DNA of 64,000 nucleotides from Chitinophagales bacterium (GTDB lineage: Bacteria > Bacteroidota > Bacteroidia > Chitinophagales > JADJOU01), in NCBI GenBank assembly GCA_040383345.1, contig JBEIDU010000004.1, positions 2,635 to 66,634 on the forward strand. Reading direction: 5' to 3'. Of this stretch, positions 50,110 through 61,700 are shown one piece after another. Every line of letters begins with the position of its first letter. Position 1 is the first letter of the stretch. Made by a program: the position numbers and the translations under genes. Under the pieces are notes generated by a model. That model worked only from the letters and a program-made list of their open reading frames with translations, searched no databases and was not told the DNA's origin.

Positions 50110-50471
50110 AAAATACTCAAATCTTGAAAGTTAAAGGCATGGAATTTTATGCATGTCATGGTGTGTACGAATTTGAAAAAAATACACCTACACGCTTTCT
50201 AGTAGATATTGAAGTGCAAGCTGATTTTTCATATGCTATGCAAAGTGATATGATAAAAGATGCAATTGATTACGAGATTATATATCAAAAAGTGTCAAAA
50301 ATTATGAATCAATCCTATAGTTTGATTGAATATATATCAAAAGCTATTTCGGATGAGATTTTACCCATGTTAGAAATTGGTGACCATCTAAAAATTGAGA
50401 TACATAAGATGACTCCTCCTATTCAAGGTAAGGTAAAAGAGACTGCTTTTGAAGTCACTTTTATAAAATAG
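50103..50471 (+). CDS. folB: Dihydroneopterin aldolase
   Basis: EFYACHGVYEFE, F.VD, DAIDY, LIE, K.TPPI. Confidence 0.9.
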   Translation: MKKNTQILKVKGMEFYACHGVYEFEKNTPTRFLVDIEVQADFSYAMQSDMIKDAIDYEIIYQKVSKIMNQSYSLIEYISKAISDEILPMLEIGDHLKIEIHKMTPPIQGKVKETAFEVTFIK

Positions 50472-50530
50472 AGAATAAAAATGTATTGATTTTTAAAAAA
50501 AGCTATATATTTGCACTTCAATTCTAAAAT

Positions 50531-50605
50531 GGAGATTGTAGCTCAGTTGGTTAGAGCATCGGTTTGTGGTTCCGAGGGTCGTGGGTTCGAGCCCCATCAT
50601 TCTCC
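50531..50605 (+). tRNA. tRNA-His (anticodon GTG) with G-1
   Basis: G-GAGATTG-TAGCTCAGTTGGTTAGAGC-A-TCGG-TTT-GTG-GTT-CCGA...GGTTCGAGCCC...CATTCTC-C; TATATTTG promoter at 50506-50513. Confidence 0.95.
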
Positions 50606-50752
50606 CTTTTTTCCCTTTAATTTTTGTAATTTTTGTTTGTCGTGGAGTTCATGATAAAACATTTTTTTATCACATTTTTTTTAAAGAATTTGTTAAATTA
50701 TTTTTTTAATTTTTAATTTAAAAATCTGTATATTTGTCCCAATTTTATTCTT

Positions 50753-53700
50753 ATGGGAAAAATCTACATATTTCTATTATTTTTTATTTTTGGAACATAC
50801 TCTAGTAGCAATGCCCAAATTGTTGTATCTACTTCGCATACAGCCACAGACGTTTTTACAGGTGGTATTTCTTTTAATGTAAGCAACAAGTCTTTATCCC
50901 CAATAAGAATAACAGAAATTTCAAGTATTCACACAGCGAATAATCCGGCTGTAAATCCTATAGTAAAAGTATGGTATAGGGTCGCTCCAATAAACGCAGC
51001 TATTTCATCGGTGTCCACACTTACAGGATGGATATTGGCCAAAACGCAAGTAAAAACAGGAATGTCTACTTCTGTTCAGCCCTTTGCCACTAATTTAAGT
51101 ATAGATATACCTGCAGGAGATACTATTGCTATTTTCTTAGAAACGAATCAACAAAGTGCAGCTCAATTTGTAGCGCCACCCAATGTAGGATTACATACGT
51201 TTGATTCAGTAACTATTCAAACCGGTTTTTTAAAAGGATATACTGGATTGGCATCAAGTCCTAGTTCGCATCCTCGTGGATTTGTAGGGAATATAAAATT
51301 CACAAAACTTACTCCTTGTGTCGGCTCACCTAATCCGGGTAATATTGAATCTGATTTTGGATTTTGTGCTGGGGTAAATAAAACATATTTTCTAAATGGA
51401 GCGTCTTTTGCTAGTAGTATTACATATCAATGGCAAACAGCCCCTACAGCTACTGGACCATGGACCAATGTAGGTACAAATAGTCTTAGTTTTACGGGTA
51501 CTTTTGCAAGTAATACGTTCATTAGAGTCAATGTAACTTGTAATAATTCAGGACAGACATCATCTTCACCTTTATTCTTTGATACATTGAAGCCCCCTGC
51601 ATATTGTATGTGCACGCCTGCATATGTTGTAGATGATATTGAAGAAGAGATTTTAAAAGTAAAAATAAATAATGTAGAACGTTTAACAAATTGTTCATCA
51701 ATTCCTGTAAATGCCGGTCCATCAAGCATACTGGGGAAATATACCGATTGGAGACCATATGGATCAATGGCAGTTTTAAATCAAGGTTCATTTAATGAAC
51801 TTACAATTGATTATAACACTTGTGGCGTTTTAAACAGGGCAAGAGGATTTACTGTTTATATTGATTATAACGCAAATAGAATTTTTGAATCCACAGAAGT
51901 AATTTCAAGTGGAACTATCCTTGCTAATACATCTTTTGGGGAAAGACTCGTTACTTTTATTGTGCCTTCAAATGCTGGAGGCGCTCTAACAGTTTCAAAT
52001 CCTAATGTAGAAGTGTTGATGCGTGTTATATATTACAGTTCCACCACCCCGATGCCATTTTCTGGATGCCCTACTGCAAGTTTTGTTGCTGGTGAAATAG
52101 AAGATCATGTTGTAACGATTCAACTATCAAATAATTGTACAGGAAAACCTGCACCTGGTATTATTGATGGTACAAGAGGGTTTTGTATCGGAACAAATTC
52201 AGTGTTTACAAATTATAATGCTACAATTGCAAAAAATATGTCGAGAACATGGCAAATAGCTTCTACACCAACTGGCCCATGGACTACCCTTGTAGGCCAA
52301 ACAGGGGAACAAGCTTCCTCAATATTGCCAGGAACGACATATGTTCGAGCTATTGTAAATTGTTTGACCTCAGGGCTTTCAGATACTACACCTGTTTTTG
52401 TTGATACGCTAAATCCTAGTTATAAATGTGTATGCCCTCCACCATATTATAGTGTCCCATTGACAAATTTATCAGATTATATAGAGAACGTCTCAATGTT
52501 TGGGAATTATAATACATCAATTGTTCATACCAATACAGGGATGGTTCTCAATCCATTGCGTTTTCAAAATTTTAGGGATTCATTTGATCCAATTAGAGTA
52601 ATTCCTGGAGGGACTTTCACAGGTAATATTTCTTTAAATTCTGCAAATACAACAAATAATAACGTAAGATTTTATATAGATTATAACAATAATGGAATAG
52701 ATAATTTAGATATATTGACTCCAGTACTTTCAACTGTATCCATTACGCCAGCTTCACCTACAAATTTTACATTCTCAGTCCCCGCTTCTACGCCTATAGG
52801 ATTGTATCCATTGCGAGTTCGATATCTAAAATCAACCTCAAATATTGCTCCATGTGTAAATGCTGGAATTATTCCAGGAGAAATACATGATTATGTAATT
52901 GAAGTTTATTTACCTCCATTTGATTTAGTGTTACAAAGTATAGATTCTCCAAAATCAGGTTGTTCGCTAACTCAAGTACCTGTTACATTTAGGTTAAAAA
53001 ATTCTGGATTGAATGGGGTCATTCCAAATATGAGCTATTCTATAGATGGAGGAGCTCCTGTAAATCAATCATTTCCAATTCTTCAAAAAGATTCAACACG
53101 AACGTATTCTTTTACTCAAAAAATTGATTTTTCATCCATTATTGGAAAGAAAACTATAAAAGTATGGTCAAATTTACCTTCGGATGCCCTCAAATCAAAT
53201 GATACACTTGAAATAGAAATGGAAAATTATCTAACGCCTCCAAAACCAAGTGTTCTAAGTGATACGGTATGTCAAAATGAACTTACTTCTACACTAGAAG
53301 CAATTTCTGTACCTGGTTTTACTACAAACTGGTTTAGCGATGCAGCGGGAATTAATAAAATAGATCAAGGCAATTTTAAATTATTTACCCCACCCTATAC
53401 AAATTCTACTTTTTATGTAAACTCTTCTTATGAAAAATTTGATTCAGAGGGGTTGCCAGCAGTTGTAAATGCTACAGCAGAAACCACAACTACAAAAGGA
53501 TTGAATTTTACAGTACTTAGGCCAAGAGTTCGAATTCATTCAGTAAAAGTAGAGTTTACTGTACCAGGATTGTCAAGAGTAGAAGTTAGAACTTCGGCAG
53601 GCGCTTTGATAAAAACAATTAATTATACTGTAGTAAATCCAGGTTTAAATGAAATAGCTTTAAATGTAGATCTTAATGCCGGAACATACAGAATTATGTT

Positions 53701-55696
53701 GACTTTGAATCCTGGAGCTTCACTTACAACAGTAGTTAATGCCAATCCGTTTAATCCCATAGTTCCAAGTAATGGCTCTATCTCAATCACAAGTGCTGTT
53801 GGAACAACGACTCAATATCCTTATTTTTATGATTGGGTAGTGTCTTATGCATATTGTACTTCTGCAATGGATTCTGTTAAATTAGTTAGAGTTCTTGGGC
53901 AAAATTCCCCATCTCTTGATTTGAGAGATTCTAGTTTGTGTTCTTATCCAGCCTTTTTCTTAGACGGACAAAATCCTGGGATGCGCTATAAATGGAGTAC
54001 CAATGATACTACTCAAATGATTGAAATTAAAAACTCAGGTCAATATAAACTTACTGTTACCAATTCATTTGGCTGTAATGTAAGAGATTCAAGTTATATT
54101 ACAATAAGACAATCCCCAGTTTTTAGTTTAGGAGGAGACTCTACAATATGCTCAAACAAGAGTATGAGATTGTATAGTGGATATACAAATAAAGGATATA
54201 ATCATACTTGGTTTCCATCGCAAAAATTGAATCCATATTTAGATGTAAATACTCCAGGCCAAATTATCTGTGAAGTATTTAATACGAATACAAATTGTGG
54301 GTATAAAGATACCATTATGATTAACTCAACAACTGCTCCAACTGTTTTTCTTGGAAATGATACTTTTACATGTAAGAATAATCCTATAATACTTCAAGCG
54401 CCATTTAATGCTAATTATATTTACAAATGGCATGATTTAACAGCTAATGCAACTAAATTAATTTCATCAACTGTGATGGCAAAAGTAACGGTAACTGATA
54501 CTTCTACCAAATATAAATGTAATAATTCAGACTCCATTTTTGTAAGAATATCTAATTTTTCAAAACCTAATCTAGGCGCTGATATAGTTCATTGTGGACA
54601 AGAAAAGAGCATTTCTTACCCAGATACAGGCGGATTTAATTATAAATGGAGCAATGGATATGTAGGTAATATTACATATATAAATAAAGATGGAGACTAT
54701 GTGATGACTGTAACAGAGAATGGGACAACTTGTTCAGAATCAGACACAATCAATGTTAAATTAGCTAATTCTCCAAAATTATCTTTGGGAGAGGATATTA
54801 TAACTTGTAATTCATCTGTAACTCTAAAAGCCAATGCTGGATTTAATTCTTATAGTTGGTCTGGAGGGGGAGCTACAGATACAAAAGTTGTTACATCAAA
54901 TGGATCATATACTGTTACTGCTTCAAATTCATGTGAAACCGTAACTGATAATATCAATGTGACATTTATAGTAGCGCCTACCAATGTAACATTGCCAGCA
55001 GATACTATTATTTGTTCACCATTATTGCTATCGATTCCAAATCAATTAGCGCCAAATCAAATTTTATGGAGCACAAATAGTACATCAAATACAATTACCG
55101 TAGATTCTACTGCTACATATTGGGTTAGTGTTTCAAATTTATGTGGTACAATATCAGATGCTATTTATGTTTTTAAAGAATTGGCACCAATAGCAAATTT
55201 TGATATTTTAAAGACGGGAATGTATGGTGTATTTACGAATAAATCACAACAAGCAAAATCGGTAACTTGGGATTTTGGGGATAATACAACTTCAACGTTA
55301 TACAGTCCTAGTCATCTTTATCTTCAAAAAGGAAGGTATAACGTTACTTTGACAATTACAAATAATTGTGGCGATCAAGCCGTATATTCAGATTCTATTA
55401 TTATAGATGGGAATTCAAGTATAATAAACATTGAAAAAAATAATTTGAAATTATATCCAAACCCTGTTTCAAATTCATTGAATATTGAAATTAATAATAT
55501 TTCAAATGGAACTTATAGTGTATATATTCATGATATTTATGGAAGGAAAATATTGACTGAAGAAATACAAGTTGCGAATTCAAAAATGAATTCTATAATA
55601 AATATGTCAACCTTCACCAATGGAATGTATTGGTTAAGTATAGAAAGTAATAGCAAAAATATAATAAAAAATGAAAAAATTATTATTAATAAATAA
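50753..55696 (+). CDS. Large T9SS-secreted surface protein (GEVED-like x2, CARDB/Ig-like, Cys-paired Ig repeats, PKD, type A CTD)
   Basis: YIDYN.N...GEIEDH and YIDYN.N...GEIHDY; LG.D...C...Y.WS repeats; WDFGD..TS...P.H.Y...G.Y.VTL PKD; LYPNPV...GMY CTD. Confidence 0.85.
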   Translation: MGKIYIFLLFFIFGTYSSSNAQIVVSTSHTATDVFTGGISFNVSNKSLSPIRITEISSIHTANNPAVNPIVKVWYRVAPINAAISSVSTLTGWILAKTQVKTGMSTSVQPFATNLSIDIPAGDTIAIFLETNQQSAAQFVAPPNVGLHTFDSVTIQTGFLKGYTGLASSPSSHPRGFVGNIKFTKLTPCVGSPNPGNIESDFGFCAGVNKTYFLNGASFASSITYQWQTAPTATGPWTNVGTNSLSFTGTFASNTFIRVNVTCNNSGQTSSSPLFFDTLKPPAYCMCTPAYVVDDIEEEILKVKINNVERLTNCSSIPVNAGPSSILGKYTDWRPYGSMAVLNQGSFNELTIDYNTCGVLNRARGFTVYIDYNANRIFESTEVISSGTILANTSFGERLVTFIVPSNAGGALTVSNPNVEVLMRVIYYSSTTPMPFSGCPTASFVAGEIEDHVVTIQLSNNCTGKPAPGIIDGTRGFCIGTNSVFTNYNATIAKNMSRTWQIASTPTGPWTTLVGQTGEQASSILPGTTYVRAIVNCLTSGLSDTTPVFVDTLNPSYKCVCPPPYYSVPLTNLSDYIENVSMFGNYNTSIVHTNTGMVLNPLRFQNFRDSFDPIRVIPGGTFTGNISLNSANTTNNNVRFYIDYNNNGIDNLDILTPVLSTVSITPASPTNFTFSVPASTPIGLYPLRVRYLKSTSNIAPCVNAGIIPGEIHDYVIEVYLPPFDLVLQSIDSPKSGCSLTQVPVTFRLKNSGLNGVIPNMSYSIDGGAPVNQSFPILQKDSTRTYSFTQKIDFSSIIGKKTIKVWSNLPSDALKSNDTLEIEMENYLTPPKPSVLSDTVCQNELTSTLEAISVPGFTTNWFSDAAGINKIDQGNFKLFTPPYTNSTFYVNSSYEKFDSEGLPAVVNATAETTTTKGLNFTVLRPRVRIHSVKVEFTVPGLSRVEVRTSAGALIKTINYTVVNPGLNEIALNVDLNAGTYRIMLTLNPGASLTTVVNANPFNPIVPSNGSISITSAVGTTTQYPYFYDWVVSYAYCTSAMDSVKLVRVLGQNSPSLDLRDSSLCSYPAFFLDGQNPGMRYKWSTNDTTQMIEIKNSGQYKLTVTNSFGCNVRDSSYITIRQSPVFSLGGDSTICSNKSMRLYSGYTNKGYNHTWFPSQKLNPYLDVNTPGQIICEVFNTNTNCGYKDTIMINSTTAPTVFLGNDTFTCKNNPIILQAPFNANYIYKWHDLTANATKLISSTVMAKVTVTDTSTKYKCNNSDSIFVRISNFSKPNLGADIVHCGQEKSISYPDTGGFNYKWSNGYVGNITYINKDGDYVMTVTENGTTCSESDTINVKLANSPKLSLGEDIITCNSSVTLKANAGFNSYSWSGGGATDTKVVTSNGSYTVTASNSCETVTDNINVTFIVAPTNVTLPADTIICSPLLLSIPNQLAPNQILWSTNSTSNTITVDSTATYWVSVSNLCGTISDAIYVFKELAPIANFDILKTGMYGVFTNKSQQAKSVTWDFGDNTTSTLYSPSHLYLQKGRYNVTLTITNNCGDQAVYSDSIIIDGNSSIINIEKNNLKLYPNPVSNSLNIEINNISNGTYSVYIHDIYGRKILTEEIQVANSKMNSIINMSTFTNGMYWLSIESNSKNIIKNEKIIINK

Positions 55697-55706
55697 AGCC
55701 GGACAA

Positions 55707-58700
55707 ATGAAAAAGCAGTTGTTAAGAATTCAATTATATATATTTTCGTTCATATTTATTGGAAATGTAAATGCACAATGTCCTGCAAGTGTTGCAGCGG
55801 ATACAGCTTTTATAAAAAATGGCGTTTGTAATAATGGTTTGATCACATTAGGTGTAACCAAGAATTACTCAGGGCCGAATGTAACTTATTTGTGGCAAGA
55901 GTCAAATGATAATGGATTGAGCTGGGGACCAGCTGGCTCAAATGTAGATACATTGAATATAAATCCCGATAGAATAAATCAGACACCCAATGTCAATAAT
56001 TTTATTTATAGAGTAAGAATCACTTGTGGTACTACCGTATTAGTTTCTACACAGTTAAAATTTGAGTTTTCTTCAAGAAATATATTATTTGGAAATATCA
56101 AATGTACGAGTGTTTTAGGCCAAAAAGATTCAATAACAATGTTCTTGGTAAGAACAGGTGTTTTTAATGACAATGCATTTGTAAAAAACTATAGATGGAT
56201 GAGCACGAGTACAAATGGGTTATTTTGGGGTGATTTGCCTACCAATAAAGATACGATTGTTGTTCCCATCACAAATAATATTATACAATACAGAGCCCAC
56301 GTATCCTACTGTCCATTACCTGCTAACACAAGTACTTTTGATGCTAAGGCACCATTAACCCCAACCGTTAATGTAGGATTGAATGGAACCAACTTGTTTT
56401 TATCGGACAAAGATTGTACAGCAGATAGCGCTAGACTCAGCATAAATGGGCTCAACAGAGATTTATTATCAAAATTAAACAAAGTTTGGTACGAATCAAA
56501 TACTGCCAATGGCCCTTATACAATAATGAGTGGAAAAACAGATACTTTTTTAAAAGTCAAAGTCTCTAAGCAAAATAAATATTATAAAGTTATTTTAAAA
56601 CCATGTCCTATTTCAATAGATTCTGGGGTGTCTTCTTATTTCAGATTCTGGACTACATTGGGACCATTAACAGCTACCTTATCATGTCCAGCTGAAGAAG
56701 CGGTATTAGATTATTTATATAGAGATAGCACTAAAGGAGTCATGAGTGCAATTTGGTCAAAATATGTTGGGCAAGGACCAAAACCATTTCTGAACTATAA
56801 TATTCCTGTAGATTCAATTAGACATAGTGTATTTATTAATAATAATGATACAAATACATATAGACTGGTCTTGAAGTTTTGTCCAAACTCAATTGATACA
56901 ATAGATACTTCAAATCAAGTAATTGTTGGTTTACAAGTATCTGCAGGGAATACATCTATTAATTATAGATCTTGTCCAGATGATAGTGTAGTAATTAAAG
57001 TGTTAGGACAATCTTTTTATTCAACGTTGCCTATTTATTCATCTTGGCAAATTAAAAATAATACAGGAGGATTTGTAGATTATATTGGAAGTTATAATAA
57101 AACAGACTCATTAGTTGTAAGAATGAAAATGGGACTTACTGAGTATAAAAAGTCTATTATGGTCTGTGAAGGTTCTAATAGAACATTTAGTACATCTTTA
57201 TCCACATCTTATTTGCCTAATACGATCCAATTTTTTAAACAAAATTGTGTAGATTCTATTGAAGCAAATGTTTTGAATGATACTATAAAAATAATAGGCT
57301 CAAATGGTACTCAGATAAAACAAGGTCCGTTTTCATATCAATGGTTTGTTTCTCCGAATCAGATAGCTTTTGGAGCTATGCCTGGTCAAGTTTTTCAAAA
57401 AATTAAAATAGATAATGCGTCCTCTAATTTATTCTACAAAAGAACTATTAAAATATGTCCTCTGGGTACAAGAACGGATACTTCGGACGTAAGTAATATC
57501 TTATTCAACGCACCTAATAGTTCAAATGGTAAAGCTGAAGTAATCAGCGAGGTATGTTTAAATAGAAGTATATCTATTACTGTACCAAATGCTATTACAA
57601 GAACAGGAACTCCAATTTTTTTATGGCAAGTATCCAATGATGAAATCAATTGGACTAATATGACCACGCCTACTTCAAATAGAGATACGCTTCAAGATAC
57701 AGCTAGAGATTATTATTTATATTATAGAAGACTCACGATGTGGTGCGATCCTGCCAATCCATTAAATATCATAATAGATTCGTCAAAATCTGTGCCTGTA
57801 GTTTATTTACAACTCTTACCTTGGTGTGAAGGATTTTCTTCACAAGTTCAATTTGGTGCTAATAAATTATTTAACTGTTTTACTCGATTTTCTCCAGCAT
57901 GTCCATTAAAAGGAAATTTTGGGGCTCCTGCAAATATTCATGCTGTTCCAAGTGGTGGAAGAACTTCAAGTGCCATGAAACATTTACCTACACCCCCTCC
58001 AAATCCACCCGGTATAAAGGCAGATATGAAATTAGTATTGCCTGCATTTAAGCTTGACAAGGGAAAAGTGTATCGATTGTCTTTCTGGCATAAACAAGAT
58101 GGTTCAAATATGTGTTGGGACTCACTATATGTTACATGGGGACAACAACTTGATGCTTGTTCTATAGATAATAGATTTGGGGAATCATTAGTAAGATTTA
58201 GTTATGATCAATGGAATCGATATTGGGCAGATTTTACACCACCATCTACAGGTGTATACTATTTTGGTATTGTATATCGAGATAATGATCAAACTACAGG
58301 GGATTTCTTTATTGAAGATATTTGTATAAAAGAAGTACAGCCATGTAATTTAGCCACTCCATTGCCTGGTACTACATTTGCTACCGCAAAGATTATCGAT
58401 AGACCTGCTGAAGTGCCTTTGTATGATAAATATAGAGTAACGCATCAGTATTGTATCGGTGATACTATTATGATTACTTATCAAGATGCTATTTATGGGA
58501 GTGATGAAAAAGTAAATCAGTTTGATTATTATGGAATGAAGTACCAGTTCTACAGAAAAAAATTCGATCCTGATTTTTATGTGAATGATACATTTTTTAG
58601 ACCTTTAAAAAACAATGCCAATTACCAGAATGATTCATTTAGAAATATCAATGTTTATTTTAATACTATAAGATCTTCAAGCTCAAATAGAATAAATAAT

Positions 58701-61700
58701 AATGCTGCAAATTCAATAGAAAATGGACCTTCCGCATGGGCTCCTATTACAGCAAATGATACTTCATGGTTAGAAGTTGATTTAGGATCTGTTCAGCCAG
58801 TATCTTCATTGAGAATATATGGGAATAGAGTTGCCAATGAATGGGTTTCATCGTTTAAATTAGAATATTTCAATGGTACAAATTTTGTAATTGCGGATAC
58901 CTTAAAAGGAAGTATTAATAGTAAAGATACGGCTGTGTCGGAAATAGATTCTACCATACGTGCTCGGAGATTTAGAATTACTCCATTATCTTGGGTCAAT
59001 TATCCAGCAATGAGAGTTGAATTTTTATATGATGTTAGATGTTTTATAAACAGAAGAGACTGGCATGTAACCAATATTTTAGCTACCGATACCAATACTT
59101 TTTATAAAATTGTAGCTACTTGTACGTTGGACGGGAAAGAATATCATTCCGACTCTCTAAAGATAAATGCAACACATAGTTTACCTTATTGTGAAGACTG
59201 GAGTGGTGCTGGAAGAATGCAAAATGGAAATCCGCATACAAATGTTGAAAGACAAGCATCAGGTACCACAAATAAAGTGGTATTTTTAGATGAAGTTAAT
59301 AGGACCGCTTCAAGTTTTAGCGGCATATTTAGACCGGATTCCTCTACATTTATACCTACTACAACATGCTGGAGACCTGCTACAAATAATCTATCTGAGT
59401 TTTTACAAATAAATTTCCCCAATGTGGCTCCTATAAGTGGATTCCAAGTTAGAGGAAATCCAAATGCTGCAGAATGGGTTACCAATTTTTATTTATGGAA
59501 ATCGGATGATGGGGTTAATTTTGTTTTAGTAGATTCATTTGCTGGAAATGTGAATAATACAGCGGTTGTTAATGTTACGCTAACTAAAGCTTTTGGAGCT
59601 AGAGCTATAAGATTATCAGCCAAATCCTTTAGTGGTTATCCTGCAATAAAAGTTTTACCTACATATACCGTAAATAGAGCGTTTTCTAAATGTCCAACAT
59701 GTTGGGCTACCTATGGGACGGGAGGTGTTGAAGGATTCTGGACAGCGACTATGCCTTGGGGACCTTTGCCTCCACCAGCTACAATAGATATGCCCGGAGC
59801 TGCGGCATATGCATCGGGTACTCCACCAAATATTGTTGTTTCAGCTGACGGTATGGCTGCTAATGGAAGGAATAATACAAAGTTGCTCGTGATGCCACCA
59901 GTAAGATTGTATAAAGGAAAAGGTTATAGAGTATCTTTTAAATGGGCTGATAATATTACTAAGCTTGGAACCATTGGAACTTTATTAACGGGACAAACTA
60001 CTCAAGATGTTGATAGTCTATATATAGTAGCCTCAAAAGGTAATTTTTCTCAAGACAATATGAATAATTTTTCTAGAGATAAAGCTATTGGCGTTATTTT
60101 TAGAGATCTACAATCAAATACCATAGTTACAGGTTCGGGAAGATATAGATTGTATTGGGCTGATTTTGAGCCAAATGACACTGCAACCTATGTATTTACG
60201 ATAATGGCAAGAATAAATAATGTAAATCCAGATAGATATAGATTTTATATGGATGGATTTTGTATAGACACAATGCCCGTAGCTAATCCAAACGACTGTT
60301 CGGATTCTCCGGTAATAGCTTCTCCTCTGAGAATAAGAGTAATGCCAGATGGTGCAAAAACATTTCCTTTTACAGTGCCTGATAAAGAATGGTGTAATGG
60401 AGTAGATATAAATGTAGAAATAGATTTTAATTCTCCTAATAATAATACTGCTTGGAAAAAAGGATGGAGAATGATGTGGGAGCGAACTACTGATAATATA
60501 AACTGGGTAGCAACAGGGGATACTTCAAACCAATTGAAATTTAGATTAAGTTATAAATATCAAAACTTTAGACTCAGGTTATTTAATAATTGTGGTAAAG
60601 GTCAAATAATAGGCCCATTAGATATTTTTGCACCTGGAGGATCGTTGCCATGGACAGATGATATGGAACGCTACAATGGCTTGCCTATGCAATGTTGGGA
60701 GCATTCAGCAAATAATATAACAAGAGTAGATTTAAAGACATCTCCAACTAATATTTATGCAAAGTCTGCAAAATGTAGTAATAATTATATAAATCATAAT
60801 TATGGAGCTACTGTAGCTTCAGATATAAGAAATACGGAAATGTCAATGATGACTCCATTAATTGGATTGAAACGAGATACTACATATAGAGTATCTTTTT
60901 GGTATCAAGATCATGGATTTAGCAATATTATCGATTCTGTGCGACTTGGTTGGAGATTAGATAGAGTTACACAGGTAATTGATGGAGATAAAAGACTACC
61001 TAATATTTTGACCAACAATGATATTTTGAAAAATTATTCAACATCTAAATTCAAATATTATACAGCAGAGATTAGACCAGGATCACCTACCGCATCTTTT
61101 CTACCTGCCTCTCGATTAGATACTGGATTTAATTTTATTGTAAAATCGCATAGTAATGCTTTGTATAATTACGATATTCAATTCGATGATTTTGAAGTAA
61201 AACCAAAATTTACAAATGATGCACTGGTCATTTCTATTGATTCACCTGTAAATGCTTGTGCACTTTCAAATAATGAATCCGTAGTAGCTACAATTATGAA
61301 TTTAGGTTTTTCTCAATTAAGCAATGTCCCTGTATTTTGTTCTGTAGATGGATCACCCGCTGTTTCGGCAATTATACCAGGACCAATTCCTTCCAATGGA
61401 ATTGCAACTGTCAGAATTAATGGGGTAGATTTATCTACTCCTGGAATCAGAAATGTAAAAGTATGGACAAATATAGCGAACGATCAAGATAGATGGGATG
61501 ATACCCTTTGTACTACAATTATTCATGAATTTAGAATGCCTAATCCAATAGATACAGGAGATACTTTTTGTGAATATTCAAATCTTCAATATGCTGTAAA
61601 TACTATATACAAGCGTGCATTCTGGTATAAGAATTTTAATGATATGTATCCTTTCCAAGAAAATGATACGATTCGATTAAGTAATTTTACTAGAGATACA

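Noticed and set aside
50531-50753. Genomic island integrated at tRNA-His (or at tRNA-Arg, 41586-41659)
   Set aside because: No integrase and no duplicated tRNA 3' end seen in the window.
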